Assembly: GCA_035577805.1 (NCBI GenBank)
Contig: DATLUX010000650.1
Span: forward strand, 16,943-80,942
Source: Verrucomicrobiia bacterium
Lineage (GTDB): Bacteria; Verrucomicrobiota; Verrucomicrobiia; Limisphaerales; JADJPG01
Direction of reading: 5' to 3'
DNA length: 64,000 nt
How positions within the stretch are numbered: the first letter of the stretch is position 1; each line of letters opens with the position of its first letter. This document shows, piece by piece, positions 18,501 to 26,694 of the stretch. Under the pieces are notes generated by a model that searched no databases, was not told the DNA's origin, and saw only the letters and a program-made list of their open reading frames with translations. The position numbers and the translations under genes were made by a program.

Positions 18501-21180
18501 TGGCATCGAAAAACCACAGGGGGCAGAACCGAAAACTCGCGTGCAGCAGATCGTCGATTGGGTCGGCAAGGACTTCGACGGTGTGATCGCCTTCGACGAA
18601 GCTCATAACATGGCAAACGCCACCAGCGAAAAGGGCAAACGCGGCACGAAAGAGGCTGCGGCCAAGGCGCTCGCCGGGCTCGAACTGCAGAACGCGCTAC
18701 CGAATGCCCGCGTGGTCTATGTTTCGGCCACGGGAGCCACCGAGGTCAACAATCTGGCCTACGCCGATCGCCTTGGATTATGGGGGCCTGGTACGGCCTT
18801 CGCCAATCGGAGCGACTTCCTCTCGCGCGTAGCCTCCGGTGGCGTCGCCGCGATGGAACTCGTCGCCCGGGACATGAAGGCGCTGGGCTACTACACGGCC
18901 CGGTCTCTGTCTTACGACGGCGTCGAGTATGACCGGGTGCAGCACGACCTGACGCCGCCGCAACGGGAGATGTACGACAAGATCGCCGATGCGTGGCAAC
19001 TCGTGCTGCGCAACATGATGGAGGCGCTGGCGGAAACCGGCGCCGACGGTAAGGGTGGGCCGAAGTCAGCCATCATGTCCGCATTCTGGGGTGGTCATCA
19101 GCGGTTCTTCAATCAGTTGATCACGTCGCTTCAGATGCCGAGTGTGATCGAGGGGATTGATAAAGACCTCGCGGAAGGGCGTCAGGCGGTGCTTCAGTTG
19201 GTCAACACCAACGAGGCCGGCCAAGAACGCGCGCTCGACAAGAGCAAAGCCAGCGGCGACGAAGACCTGGAAGAACTCGATATGTCGCCGCGCGATCAAC
19301 TCTTGCAGTTGGTCGATAAGGCCTTCCCGATCTGGCAATACGAGACCTATATAGATCCGGACGGCAATGAGCGTGTGCGTCTGGTTATTGATTCCGAAGG
19401 CAACAAGGTCGCCAATCCAGAGGCGGTCGCGGCCAAGGAAAAGCTGCTGCTGGACCTTGGCTCCCTCCGGGTGCCGGATGGACCACTGGAAATTCTGGTC
19501 AACCACTACGGGCCCGAGGCGGTTGCGGAGGTCACTGGTCGCAAGCAGCGGGTGGTGAACAAGCCCGACGAAACCGGCCGCATGAAGAAGGTGCTGGAAA
19601 AGCGAGGCACGGACGCGAACGTGGCCGAGGCCAACTCATTCCAGAGCGGCAAAAAGAAAATCCTGATCTTCTCGCAAGCGGGTGGAACCGGGCGTAGCTA
19701 CCACGACGACAAAACGGCGGAACGGGTAGACGATACTGGCCGGCTAGCCATCGGAGGCAATTCCGGTGCTCGACGCTCGCACTACCTCGTACAGGCTGGG
19801 TGGCGGGCGGATACCGCAGTGCAGGGTTTCGGCCGCACGCACCGCACGAACCAGTGGACCGCACCGATCTTCCACCTCGTCACGACCGATCTGGAGGGGC
19901 AGAAACGGTTCATTTCGTCGATTGCGCGTCGATTGGGCCAGTTGGGCGCGCTGACCAAGGGGGAGCGACGCACCGGTGATCAGGGCATGTTTGGCCTACA
20001 GGACAACCTGGAAAGCGACGAGGCCAAAGCTGGTCTTAGGCAACTGTTCGTCGACATTCACATGGGGAAGGTCGAGGGCTTCAGCGAGGAAGACCTGGCC
20101 GAACAGATGGGACTGATCATCTCGACGCCTGATGGTGCGCTGCGAGACGACCTCCCGCCGATGACGCAATTCCTGAACCGCGTTCTGAGCCTGAAGGTCA
20201 ACGACCAGAACCGGGTGTTCAATGAATTCGCCACGCGCTTCCGTGACATCGTGGACCGCGCCGCGGCGGCTGGAACACTCGACGCCGGGACTGAGACATA
20301 CAAGGCGGACAAGATCACCAAGGTGTCGGATCAGGTGGTCTACACCGATCCAAATTCCGGCGCGGAGACGCGGCACGTCCACCTGATGACCAGCAACCGC
20401 AACTATCCGACGTCGTTTACCGATCTGATGTCCGGTCAGGCGCAGCGCGCGGGTTGGAACGCACCGGAGTTTTTCATCCAGAACAAGCGAAGCAGCTACA
20501 TTTCGGCGGTCACCCCCACGACCTTCACCAAAGTTGAACCGAACGGCTTGGTGACCGAGCATTATCGCGTCACCACGCCGATCGACTGGCAGTTCGTGCC
20601 CAAAGACGAACTGGATGACTCAATGCGCGCCACCGGAAACCTGAATCGGATCACCAATCTCAAAGAGGCGAAAACCCTGTGGGATGAACGGGTCGCGAAG
20701 ACACCCGAGTTCAAGGAAGCCGATCTGCACATCATCACCGGCGCGATCCTGCCCATTTGGGACCGCCTGGCCGGCCAGCCAAAGATTTTCCGGCTTCAGA
20801 CCGACGCCGGCGAACGGATGCTCGGGCGCGTGGTCGACAACAAGGTCATCAATGAGACGCTGACGCGGTTGGGGGCCGAGAGCGTCAAGCTGAACATCAA
20901 ACCCGCCGAGGTTGTTGAGCGGATACTGGAGGGTGGCGTCGCCAGTCTGGCGAACGGCTGGATCATCAAGCGCCGCCGCGTGGCGCAAGAGTGGCGTCTC
21001 GAACTGACCGGACCAGACCTCTATAGCCACATGGGCGAACTGGAGGCGGCCGGGGTGTTCCGCGAGCGAATCCCTGGTACTTACGATACGAGGTACTTCA
21101 TTCCAACTGGGGAAGGCGGGGCTACCACGATCGAGGCGATCACGAAACGCCGTCCGATCATCTCCGTGGAGGGCGATTGA
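12517..21180 (+). CDS. DarB-like giant internal virion protein: N6-adenine methyltransferase plus Strawberry-notch SF2 helicase
   Basis: QFSTP, EPSAGTG and NPPF (MTase); GDGTGVGKGR, FDEAH, SATGA, AEVTGR and QGFGRTHRTNQ (SBNO AAA_34/Helicase_C_4 type). Confidence 0.85.
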   Translation: MAINALLRNQSRSPEEDEGDWTDRTMRRWRPNPPNPKGGGDFPDQIKEGMASRDLLEGADPREVINPEAEPTAGGVIRASVRAAEVDDWIVPTASDNKGKGKQAAPAEADDWIVPPAEDAKPAEQPGIMSRVGDALAPVGRAAVKALDTIGNAPGNAIKTLLERQYEDITSGYANKPGYEYGSGLPYRKNVETGDVEWGYSPESARAVIRGLGLDPLKFDMTDPRQRADLAAAAAALGGFSRAPGGLGLSDQMRLPPPGRGGRVEPGFVPPEPLPGGAPASPEPIGPRPRPEGPANAPTPEGAPPAASPLSEAKARIQQGVELAQQHAEEIRTLRERGATPELLAPAIERNRAHLLELQTMAERVRDLEKSSAPTPAGEPTPEPDWYQEYQRSIRSLVPTDYVPPTPEAPAATVEAPVVEAASEPVARPEPSAPPTVETFQDLRTAGYDRNPDHPLAGRIEHLNELAENPDLSPREQREVKRRVREFEQFISVVNELPVEQRAMARSLRPDDVVSGKDKDGRTIVGAVEGFDRNGGIGVIDANGLQHTIKADTLTDVRHVNRTGVPLPAPPADDDKEKPSGQQAEDSGQPAASEQAPPAPTIEAHGGPWSPVLDDNGQPKKNHQGDVLVVNPNGVRAIMDNGVPWTESVTENEKGLVPKNPDDRKRQFRFADEPWADAPAPKPAAKPEKKAEAPEKPASTDSTEKPSGDWKQIGENEEGDPLFANPQGVHSIVKDGVRIVEKVRLRPTKGGMEMSVPPPDQKEMAFRPVAEEKAALTASETAKQEREKEGPRVAPVDEPPDELRGALSGLSGGRTQQTPTGETPPAEESPDELRGQSTTPGMEQVRSGNLKPGDSIMVRGPKPWVVESIKTMPNGQLGIKFEGIEKAQIANPEQPVDRVLAESAPAPIEPEIVTHVTKKGKTLTGTIRRDIGRDEAKALDPYSFRKDGGWFIRSSATQPTAEPAAPKPAATAPAPAPVAEKSPVRQAVDRVESGQMTVPSALRSIANHAANGSATAAEVREALDDLNVKPDASEWQGAMAIFPGARALMGEATPEPSAQTPEEAFAAADAAWRAYQPTFEKATADYRAQRIGDDEYLAVRAEHERLRDAVDAAQDALPDAEELENQRRIKAGIEEVALDEAYRQADDPGLEDQMDDIRDMLKRGWSPGDIAVQEGIDRTPAEIRALEHVWREQGYLPWERPDTGQLPLTDRPIPSSLDVAEQQAKKNQANAPVSAFPDANSDMDPLLANNMDRLRTMYGPDGMMARIVAQWLHEREKMPLGEDRAIKPQSVQSAAEFVYEGKLADNAFSRDRMYDAVESGVNLFIAKQPERFAPTGDLARANEQAAQLAEIKSWLPTQTVRSGDKVKLQQFSTPPDYAFAISWVANIRPGETVIEPSAGTGGIAVHAMNAGAKVVGNEISPQRRTMMETLPFDRITKENAEQLHNILPRDIKPTVVVMNPPFSSAGDRMGGKMVLETGAVHIEQALKRLEPGGRLVAIVGDGMKPEGAETAGKDGRNNATGRAFRDWWKKIGAEYDVRANIGVGGEIYRKYGTTFPTRLLVIDKVAPSGQPPLVTTALTSAELLDALQGVRDARPGSAGEPVADQSGGAPVAQPGQGASGSAGAVRPPTGDVGAGSGQDRPSTPSGPKPTGTRGDQAGGVRPGSGTRPAGGVRSDAPTVQQPKPDAQGGAGQLAVQPATGEVVPGSSPGGDTSHTRPDGSDLAVTPPAPELLETSIVVPEEQTGGELTESVYEDYRPQRITIEGAQPHPGPLVQSAAMASVLPPTVTYKTALPKKLITEGAVSAAQLEAIVYAGNAHSQTLEKDKDGVVKRRGFFIGDGTGVGKGREVAGIILDNKWQGRKKAIWVSEKMPLANDAKRDWAGLGQNPNEILVHNKIKAGDEIKHEGILFTTYDTVKSGEKFGGATPEEWEKHGRHGFFDGAKVTAQHPLTGQTAELTIVGNKPSKDTRTEIEWKVKEKNGKTHNMGQWLLLPQQVGIEKPQGAEPKTRVQQIVDWVGKDFDGVIAFDEAHNMANATSEKGKRGTKEAAAKALAGLELQNALPNARVVYVSATGATEVNNLAYADRLGLWGPGTAFANRSDFLSRVASGGVAAMELVARDMKALGYYTARSLSYDGVEYDRVQHDLTPPQREMYDKIADAWQLVLRNMMEALAETGADGKGGPKSAIMSAFWGGHQRFFNQLITSLQMPSVIEGIDKDLAEGRQAVLQLVNTNEAGQERALDKSKASGDEDLEELDMSPRDQLLQLVDKAFPIWQYETYIDPDGNERVRLVIDSEGNKVANPEAVAAKEKLLLDLGSLRVPDGPLEILVNHYGPEAVAEVTGRKQRVVNKPDETGRMKKVLEKRGTDANVAEANSFQSGKKKILIFSQAGGTGRSYHDDKTAERVDDTGRLAIGGNSGARRSHYLVQAGWRADTAVQGFGRTHRTNQWTAPIFHLVTTDLEGQKRFISSIARRLGQLGALTKGERRTGDQGMFGLQDNLESDEAKAGLRQLFVDIHMGKVEGFSEEDLAEQMGLIISTPDGALRDDLPPMTQFLNRVLSLKVNDQNRVFNEFATRFRDIVDRAAAAGTLDAGTETYKADKITKVSDQVVYTDPNSGAETRHVHLMTSNRNYPTSFTDLMSGQAQRAGWNAPEFFIQNKRSSYISAVTPTTFTKVEPNGLVTEHYRVTTPIDWQFVPKDELDDSMRATGNLNRITNLKEAKTLWDERVAKTPEFKEADLHIITGAILPIWDRLAGQPKIFRLQTDAGERMLGRVVDNKVINETLTRLGAESVKLNIKPAEVVERILEGGVASLANGWIIKRRRVAQEWRLELTGPDLYSHMGELEAAGVFRERIPGTYDTRYFIPTGEGGATTIEAITKRRPIISVEGD
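17291..17689 (+). CDS. Putative nested out-of-frame gene (132 aa, helical)
   Basis: AAGGAG 6 nt before ATG 17291; amphipathic-helix composition, while the host frame is a G/P/S low-complexity linker over this span. Confidence 0.6.
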   Translation: MPAQEVPVNQWPINQAALRWLNQAKEPADPQVPYVLQLATWGLEADKIDLPRPLAPSQPEPEAIKQVVFGLGAAHGRQEAYEAMRRLFSNPNLTHREEQDNLLSSLQQAKSSQEAAQAVIQVILDLMVATSP

Positions 21181-23834
21181 TGGCGGACTATGATCCCGAT
21201 CGACTGATGACCGAACGGCCGACCGGCCCGGTCACCGTGCGCGCGGTGCGGTTGAACCGAGACGACGCTGAACGCCTGGTCCGGAAATACAATCCCGACA
21301 TCACGCAGGGCGCGGTCAAGGGCGAGGTCGACAACATCATGCGGGAGAGCGGCGGCAAATCCGCCGTCCCCGGTGATTTCGACAAATCGGGCCGGGCCAC
21401 GTCGGGCGGCATGTACCAGCACCACAACAAACGGCTGGACGAACTGAAATCCTATGCCAGCAAACACGGTACGGACTGGACCGACCCGGAAATCCAGATC
21501 CAGTTTTCGCGCATGGAGAAAGAGCGCGATTACCCCGGGCTCCTGAAGTTGCAACAGACCGTCGATGACCGAGGCCGCAACGAGGACGCCTTCAAACGCA
21601 TCTTCGAACGTCCGGCCTCGGTGCTGTGGCAGAACAACGCCAGCGGTGAACCGGTCCTCGGCAATGACCGGTTCCGCTTCTCCGACTATGCCATGAAGGA
21701 GCATGACGGCCGGCCGGGCACCGACATCCGCTACATGCAGCCAGCCGATTACCTGGACCTCTCGCCGGACCTGGAACATAAGCCGTTCGACAGCCCCTCG
21801 GGTCGGTCGCTCATGCGGTCGTTCAACCGCGGCGAGCCCATCGAGGCGATCCCCACGCTGGACATGAACGTCGAGGGCAACACCGGTACGGTGACTGCCC
21901 AGGACGGCCGGCACCGGGCGTTGCTTGCCCAGCAAGAAGGGGTGGACGCCATCCCGGTGGCGATCCGCCAGAAGGGCGAGGGAACGCCGACCGAAATCCA
22001 GGGTATGTCGGGCAAGCTCCTGCCGAACGATTTCGTGGAGCGGGGACAATTGCCGCGTGGACCGCGTCAGGAACCCCAGGAGCCCGCACCCAAGGAACCG
22101 ATCTCTCTGCTCGGGAAGATCGGCAACGCGATCATTCCGAGTGCGCAGGCGGCCGAAGCAAACCCATTCATGGCGGATTTGCAGCAGGCGCAACCGAAAG
22201 CGGCCGCACCAGCGAATCCGTTTCTGGCGGATTTGCAGGGAGCGGCACCGCAGCCGGACAACATGGTCATGTCGACGATCGGCGCGATTGGCAAGGGATT
22301 TGGCGACACCGTTCTGGGTGCGGAGGAGCTTGTCGGCAAGGGGATGCAGGCGGCGGGAATTCCTGGCGGTGAAACCCTCACTCAGGACGCCAGAACGGGC
22401 GTAGCGCGCCTTGAGAAAGAAAACGCCGCGAACAGAGCGGCACACCCCTTCGCCACCGGCGCTGGCGAGTTCCTGGGCGGCCTGGTCGCTCCATTGGGCA
22501 TCGCCGGCAAAGCGGTGAAGGCGGCGAACGCGCTGCGCTCCGGAGCGGCGGCTGGAGCCATTGGCGCGGCGATGACGCCAAGCGGCACTCAGCCCGGCCA
22601 GAAGGACGATCGGTACTGGCGGGACAAGGCAGCGGAAGTCGCCATCGGCACCGGTGCGGGAGCGGCGTTGGGCGCGGTCGGAAACGCGCTCGCCAAGGTC
22701 GTCAAGCCGAACTTTGAGGCAGCGGTGAAAACCTTGATGGGCGAGGGTGTCACCCTCACGCCGGGACAGATGGCGGGCGGCAAACTGAAGCGGATGGAGG
22801 ACGCGCTTTCCTCGCATCCGCTCATGGGAAATCAGGTCCGGGAAGCGCAGCGCAAGAGCATCGAGACCTTCAATCGCGCGGCGATCAATCGGTCGCTCGA
22901 CGACATCGGCGCCAAACTACCTCCCGGCGTGGATGCCGGGCATGACGCCATTGAAGCAGCGCGAAAGTCCTTCAGTGATGCGTATGACATGGTCATCCCC
23001 AGGATGCGTGGTGCGCTGGACCGCGACTTCATGAACGACCTGAACGCGATCGGCCTGAAAGCGCAGTCGATGAACCTGCCGCAGGGGCTTCGCGATGAAC
23101 TGATGCACATCATCAAGAGCGAGATTTTGGAACCCTTCAGGGCCGGGGCGGGCCGGATCACGGGGACAGACACGCAGAAGATCGGCACCATGCTGGACGA
23201 TTTGGTTCGGACGAAGGGCCGCGACAAAAGCCCGTACGAGCGCGATCTGGCGAAATTGCTGCGGGAGGCCGATACCGCCCTCGACAAGATGATGGCGCGC
23301 AACAATCCACTGCTACAGGCGGCCAAGGATCGGATCGACGCCGGCTATGCCAAGTTCAAGATCGTCCAGGACGCGGCCTCGGGTGCGGGCGGCCGGGCGG
23401 ATGGTGTGTTCTCGCCGAACCGGTTGAGCATGGCCGTACGGCGACGCGACACCAGCAAGGACAAGCGGGCCTTTTCCGAGGGGGCGGCGTTGCTCCAAGA
23501 CCTGTCCGGTGCCGCGAGCCAGGTGCTGCCCCAGGTGGTCAGGGACAGCGGCACAGCGGAGCGCACCGCGTTTCTCGGCCTGATGGGTCTGGGTGGCGGT
23601 GGTCTGGCGTGGCTCAATCCAGCGGCGCTTGGGGCCGCGGCTGTCGCTGCCGCACCCTACACCGCTGCTGGATCCAAGGGATTGAACTGGGCGCTCAACA
23701 AGCTATCGGCCAATCCCATGCCGCGCACGCAAAACGCGCTGGCCAACGTAGCGCGCGGCGGCGCGCAGGCCCTCGCGCCAGTAGCAGGCGCGGCACTGGC
23801 GCCAACTCTGCCCCAGCAGCCGGGCATGCAGTGA
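21177..23834 (+). CDS. Ejection protein with N-terminal lysozyme-like and ParB-like domains
   Basis: NIMRESGG...GMYQH...R...L...DPEIQIQF (phage tail lysozyme-like); QDGRHRA (ParB-like); LTPGQ..G and DSGTAER motifs of gp16-like proteins. Confidence 0.7.
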   Translation: MMADYDPDRLMTERPTGPVTVRAVRLNRDDAERLVRKYNPDITQGAVKGEVDNIMRESGGKSAVPGDFDKSGRATSGGMYQHHNKRLDELKSYASKHGTDWTDPEIQIQFSRMEKERDYPGLLKLQQTVDDRGRNEDAFKRIFERPASVLWQNNASGEPVLGNDRFRFSDYAMKEHDGRPGTDIRYMQPADYLDLSPDLEHKPFDSPSGRSLMRSFNRGEPIEAIPTLDMNVEGNTGTVTAQDGRHRALLAQQEGVDAIPVAIRQKGEGTPTEIQGMSGKLLPNDFVERGQLPRGPRQEPQEPAPKEPISLLGKIGNAIIPSAQAAEANPFMADLQQAQPKAAAPANPFLADLQGAAPQPDNMVMSTIGAIGKGFGDTVLGAEELVGKGMQAAGIPGGETLTQDARTGVARLEKENAANRAAHPFATGAGEFLGGLVAPLGIAGKAVKAANALRSGAAAGAIGAAMTPSGTQPGQKDDRYWRDKAAEVAIGTGAGAALGAVGNALAKVVKPNFEAAVKTLMGEGVTLTPGQMAGGKLKRMEDALSSHPLMGNQVREAQRKSIETFNRAAINRSLDDIGAKLPPGVDAGHDAIEAARKSFSDAYDMVIPRMRGALDRDFMNDLNAIGLKAQSMNLPQGLRDELMHIIKSEILEPFRAGAGRITGTDTQKIGTMLDDLVRTKGRDKSPYERDLAKLLREADTALDKMMARNNPLLQAAKDRIDAGYAKFKIVQDAASGAGGRADGVFSPNRLSMAVRRRDTSKDKRAFSEGAALLQDLSGAASQVLPQVVRDSGTAERTAFLGLMGLGGGGLAWLNPAALGAAAVAAAPYTAAGSKGLNWALNKLSANPMPRTQNALANVARGGAQALAPVAGAALAPTLPQQPGMQ

Positions 23835-23964
23835 GCCCAACCACCAACCGAACCGTTCTGCGGCACTCATCGCCGGCGGTCGCGCCGCGCGCCGCGCGCG
23901 CCAAGTCGCCCAAATGCCGATCGCCACGCTTTGCAGCAGGATCTTAGGGAGGTTATCCAGGGAC

Positions 23965-24318
23965 ATGACAACACCAACGGGTTACGTTTTCGAGGTTTCA
24001 GAGCCAGACCAAGGAACGCAGCGAATAGGGATTCGCAATCTGGCAACAGGCAATGTTGCTGGTGAGGTGGCTTTCAAAGGGCCGTTGCCGGACGCCGATT
24101 ATGTTCAGACGGCCATCATCGCTCTCCTCGATGATTTTGAGCGAAGGAATTTCCCCGGCAAGCTGACCACGCAAGAAACTGGGATCAGGGATGGTCGGAT
24201 GGCGTTCATTGCTGGTGTCACGCTCGGCAATATCGAGGTAGCGATAAAGAAGGCTACGCCCGACATGGAAAAACTGATGAAGGCGACCAGGGGATCAGAC
24301 CTGGGGCCAACAACATGA
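23965..24318 (+). CDS. Hypothetical protein
   Basis: GGGAGG RBS; ATGA coupling to next gene. Confidence 0.55.
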   Translation: MTTPTGYVFEVSEPDQGTQRIGIRNLATGNVAGEVAFKGPLPDADYVQTAIIALLDDFERRNFPGKLTTQETGIRDGRMAFIAGVTLGNIEVAIKKATPDMEKLMKATRGSDLGPTT

Positions 24319-24686
24319 GCCGGATCATCATCGAGGCGGTTCCAGCGGACAAGATGCGCCTGGACGCTTATAAATTCCCTGAGTGCGGCGATTGGTATTT
24401 TGACCCGTCAAACGGCGATCTGCATATCAAGGTTGTCGGCGCCGACGTCATGGATCAGGACGAGGTGTTCCTCGTCGCATTTCACGAGTTGGCGGAGGCG
24501 AAACTCTGCTTGAAGGCCGGAATAACGCAGGGGGCCGTGGATACGTTCGACGCGGCCTTCACCGGCGACGGAGAGCCCGGTGACTCCCCTTCAGCCCCAT
24601 ACCAACGACAGCACCGTGGGGCAATGTTGCTCGAACATATGTTCGCTATCCTGCTTGGGCGCTTCGATTACGGGGAAGTCCGGTGA
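24315..24686 (+). CDS. Hypothetical protein with HExxE motif (possible metal-binding hydrolase)
   Basis: GDWY, FHELAE, EPGD.P.APY..QH. Confidence 0.6.
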   Translation: MSRIIIEAVPADKMRLDAYKFPECGDWYFDPSNGDLHIKVVGADVMDQDEVFLVAFHELAEAKLCLKAGITQGAVDTFDAAFTGDGEPGDSPSAPYQRQHRGAMLLEHMFAILLGRFDYGEVR

Positions 24687-24693
24687 GTGAGAA

Positions 24694-25164
24694 TTATTGG
24701 GAAGGTATCCAGTCATGATGTGGTCTCGGCCAAATGCGGCCTGTCCGGATCATGGAAACAAGCGATCTACTGACGGAGAATTCTTCAGCCACATCCACGG
24801 CAGAACTACCGGATGCGCGGATGATGCAGACATCCTCCCACGCGAGACGTCTGCCGCCCCAGGCGCGACCTTTGGTAACCTTGTCTTCGATGTTGTCTTT
24901 GGTGGTGCCAAGAAACAGATGGTCGGGTCTGACGCATGGCGGATTGTCGCAGGTGTGCAAGACGTTCAGTCCTGGGGGAATATCCCCGTAAGACAAAATC
25001 CAGGCGACCCGGTGTGCTCGACTGGTTTTTCCGAGATAGTGGAATTGTCCGTACCCGGTGTCTTTTCTGTCGGATGTCCAAAGCCAACAGTCATCAGATA
25101 CTTCGACCTTGCTCCAGAACCTCTGGATCAACGGCACTCGATGCGTCACAATTTTAGCAGCCAT
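24694..25164 (-). CDS. HNH homing endonuclease
   Basis: RFWSKV..SDDCWLW, GYGQF, AHRVAW, HTCDNPPCVRPDHL..GT..DN. Confidence 0.9.
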   Translation of the reverse strand: MAAKIVTHRVPLIQRFWSKVEVSDDCWLWTSDRKDTGYGQFHYLGKTSRAHRVAWILSYGDIPPGLNVLHTCDNPPCVRPDHLFLGTTKDNIEDKVTKGRAWGGRRLAWEDVCIIRASGSSAVDVAEEFSVSRSLVSMIRTGRIWPRPHHDWIPSQ

Positions 25165-25271
25165 CGCTCCGCTCCAACGGATAGGTGGTCAGGGACGCGG
25201 TCAGGTCGGGCAACGGCCTGCCGCGTTCTGCTTTTATATCACTCCCCCGGAAGGAATGAAGGCCAGATGTC

Positions 25272-26603
25272 ATGCGCTGTCTGATTATTGACTCGGATCG
25301 ATGCGGGCTCGACCTGGCTATGCGTGCGGGTCTGGCCGGGCATGACGTGAAGTTGTTCCGGTATCAATCAAAACCGACGAAATATGCGACGGGATTTTCC
25401 CCATTGTTTGTCGTCGTTGACGATTGGCGTCAACACATGAACTGGGCCAAGGATGGGCTCATCGTCCTGACTGCGAACAATCGATATCTCACGGAACTGG
25501 ATCGGTTTCGGGATTTTGGTTTCGAACAGTCGATCTTCGCGCCGACACCAGCTTCGGCGAAACTGGAGATCGAACGGTCGGCTGGCATGGAATTGATGGA
25601 ATCCATCGACGCTAACCTTCCGCCTTATCAGGTGTTCAACAGTCTCGATGAAGTCGAGGCGTTTGCTCTGAAGACCGATCGTGCATGGGTATTCAAACCG
25701 TGCGGATCGGAAGAAGACAAGTCGGCAACATTCATGAGCAAAGATGCGGCGGACCTCGTCGGGTGGATCCGCCGGAAGAAAAAGGCCGGGGTGAAATTCA
25801 AGGGCAAACTGATGCTCCAAGAAAAGGTCGATCGGGTGGCCGAACTTGGGATCAGTGGATGGATGGGGAGCGAGGGCTTCTTGCCTGAAAAATTCCAACT
25901 CTGTTGGGAACATAAACCGATGTGTTCCGGCGATATCGGCCCCGCCACTGGCGAGATGGGCACGATTACGGCTTACACCGACAGTGACAAACTGGCTGAT
26001 GACTTTCTCTTGCCGTTGGAGACAGCTCTCCGCGCCCTTGGTCACCGAGGGGATACCGCATTGAATTTCATCATCGATACCAAGGGAAAGGCTTGGTTTT
26101 TGGAATTTACCATGAGGCTTGGTTATCCGTGCTTCTGGCTTCAGACTGCCTCCCATCGAGGCGACCCGCTCAACTGGATGAAGGGCGCGCTCACGGGCAA
26201 AGACAGCCTCAAAGTCAGTTATGATCCAGCCGCGGTGGTCGTAATGGCGCGGCCAGATTTTCCTTATGACGAAAGACCACCTGCGCTCTCCGAAGGTATT
26301 CCAATTCGCGGAGCCGAGAAGGTACTCCCCGACTTGCATCTGGTCGAGGCTATGAAGGGAATCGGTCCCATCATGGACGGCGGAAAAGTCGTCGATGGCC
26401 CAGTTTATCAAACCGCGGGCACATACGTTGCCTGCGCCACCGCGCTTGGGAAGACCGTTACAAAGGCCCGGGAAAGGGTCTATGAGGTAGTCGACCAAGT
26501 CAGTTGGCCCGATCGAATTTACCGCGACGACATTGGCGAAAAGGTCATTGAGACGCTGCCGGACCTTCACCGCTTCGGGTATGCCCTCGACGTCAAAGCC
26601 TAA
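25272..26603 (+). CDS. PurD-like (phosphoribosylamine-glycine ligase family) ATP-grasp protein
   Basis: AKLE..R, VFKP, LQEKV, EHK....GDIGPATGEMG, LEFTMRLGYP, YRDDIG. Confidence 0.8.
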   Translation: MRCLIIDSDRCGLDLAMRAGLAGHDVKLFRYQSKPTKYATGFSPLFVVVDDWRQHMNWAKDGLIVLTANNRYLTELDRFRDFGFEQSIFAPTPASAKLEIERSAGMELMESIDANLPPYQVFNSLDEVEAFALKTDRAWVFKPCGSEEDKSATFMSKDAADLVGWIRRKKKAGVKFKGKLMLQEKVDRVAELGISGWMGSEGFLPEKFQLCWEHKPMCSGDIGPATGEMGTITAYTDSDKLADDFLLPLETALRALGHRGDTALNFIIDTKGKAWFLEFTMRLGYPCFWLQTASHRGDPLNWMKGALTGKDSLKVSYDPAAVVVMARPDFPYDERPPALSEGIPIRGAEKVLPDLHLVEAMKGIGPIMDGGKVVDGPVYQTAGTYVACATALGKTVTKARERVYEVVDQVSWPDRIYRDDIGEKVIETLPDLHRFGYALDVKA

Positions 26604-26646
26604 CCTTGCTGATTTCGTAGGCTGCGTGGCATAGTCGCGCTGCGAA

Positions 26647-26694
26647 CCGGGGCGCGGATACCCGGGACATCTCACTTTTGCATGAGAAGTCCCG
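26647..26694 (+). promoter_or_regulatory. Two-hairpin leader element, copy 3
   Basis: CCGGG-GCGCGGATA-CCCGG overlapping CGGGAC.TCTCA...TGAGA.GTCCCG ending at ATG 26695. Confidence 0.5.

Noticed and set aside
10667-22817. Long minus-strand ORFs (10667-11950, 12679-13902, 14458-16131, 21081-22817)
   Set aside because: Antisense shadows of GC-rich genes; Arg/Gly-rich, no motifs or RBS
25272-26603. Assigning gene symbol purD
   Set aside because: Lacks the PurD N-terminal substrate motif and sits in virion context
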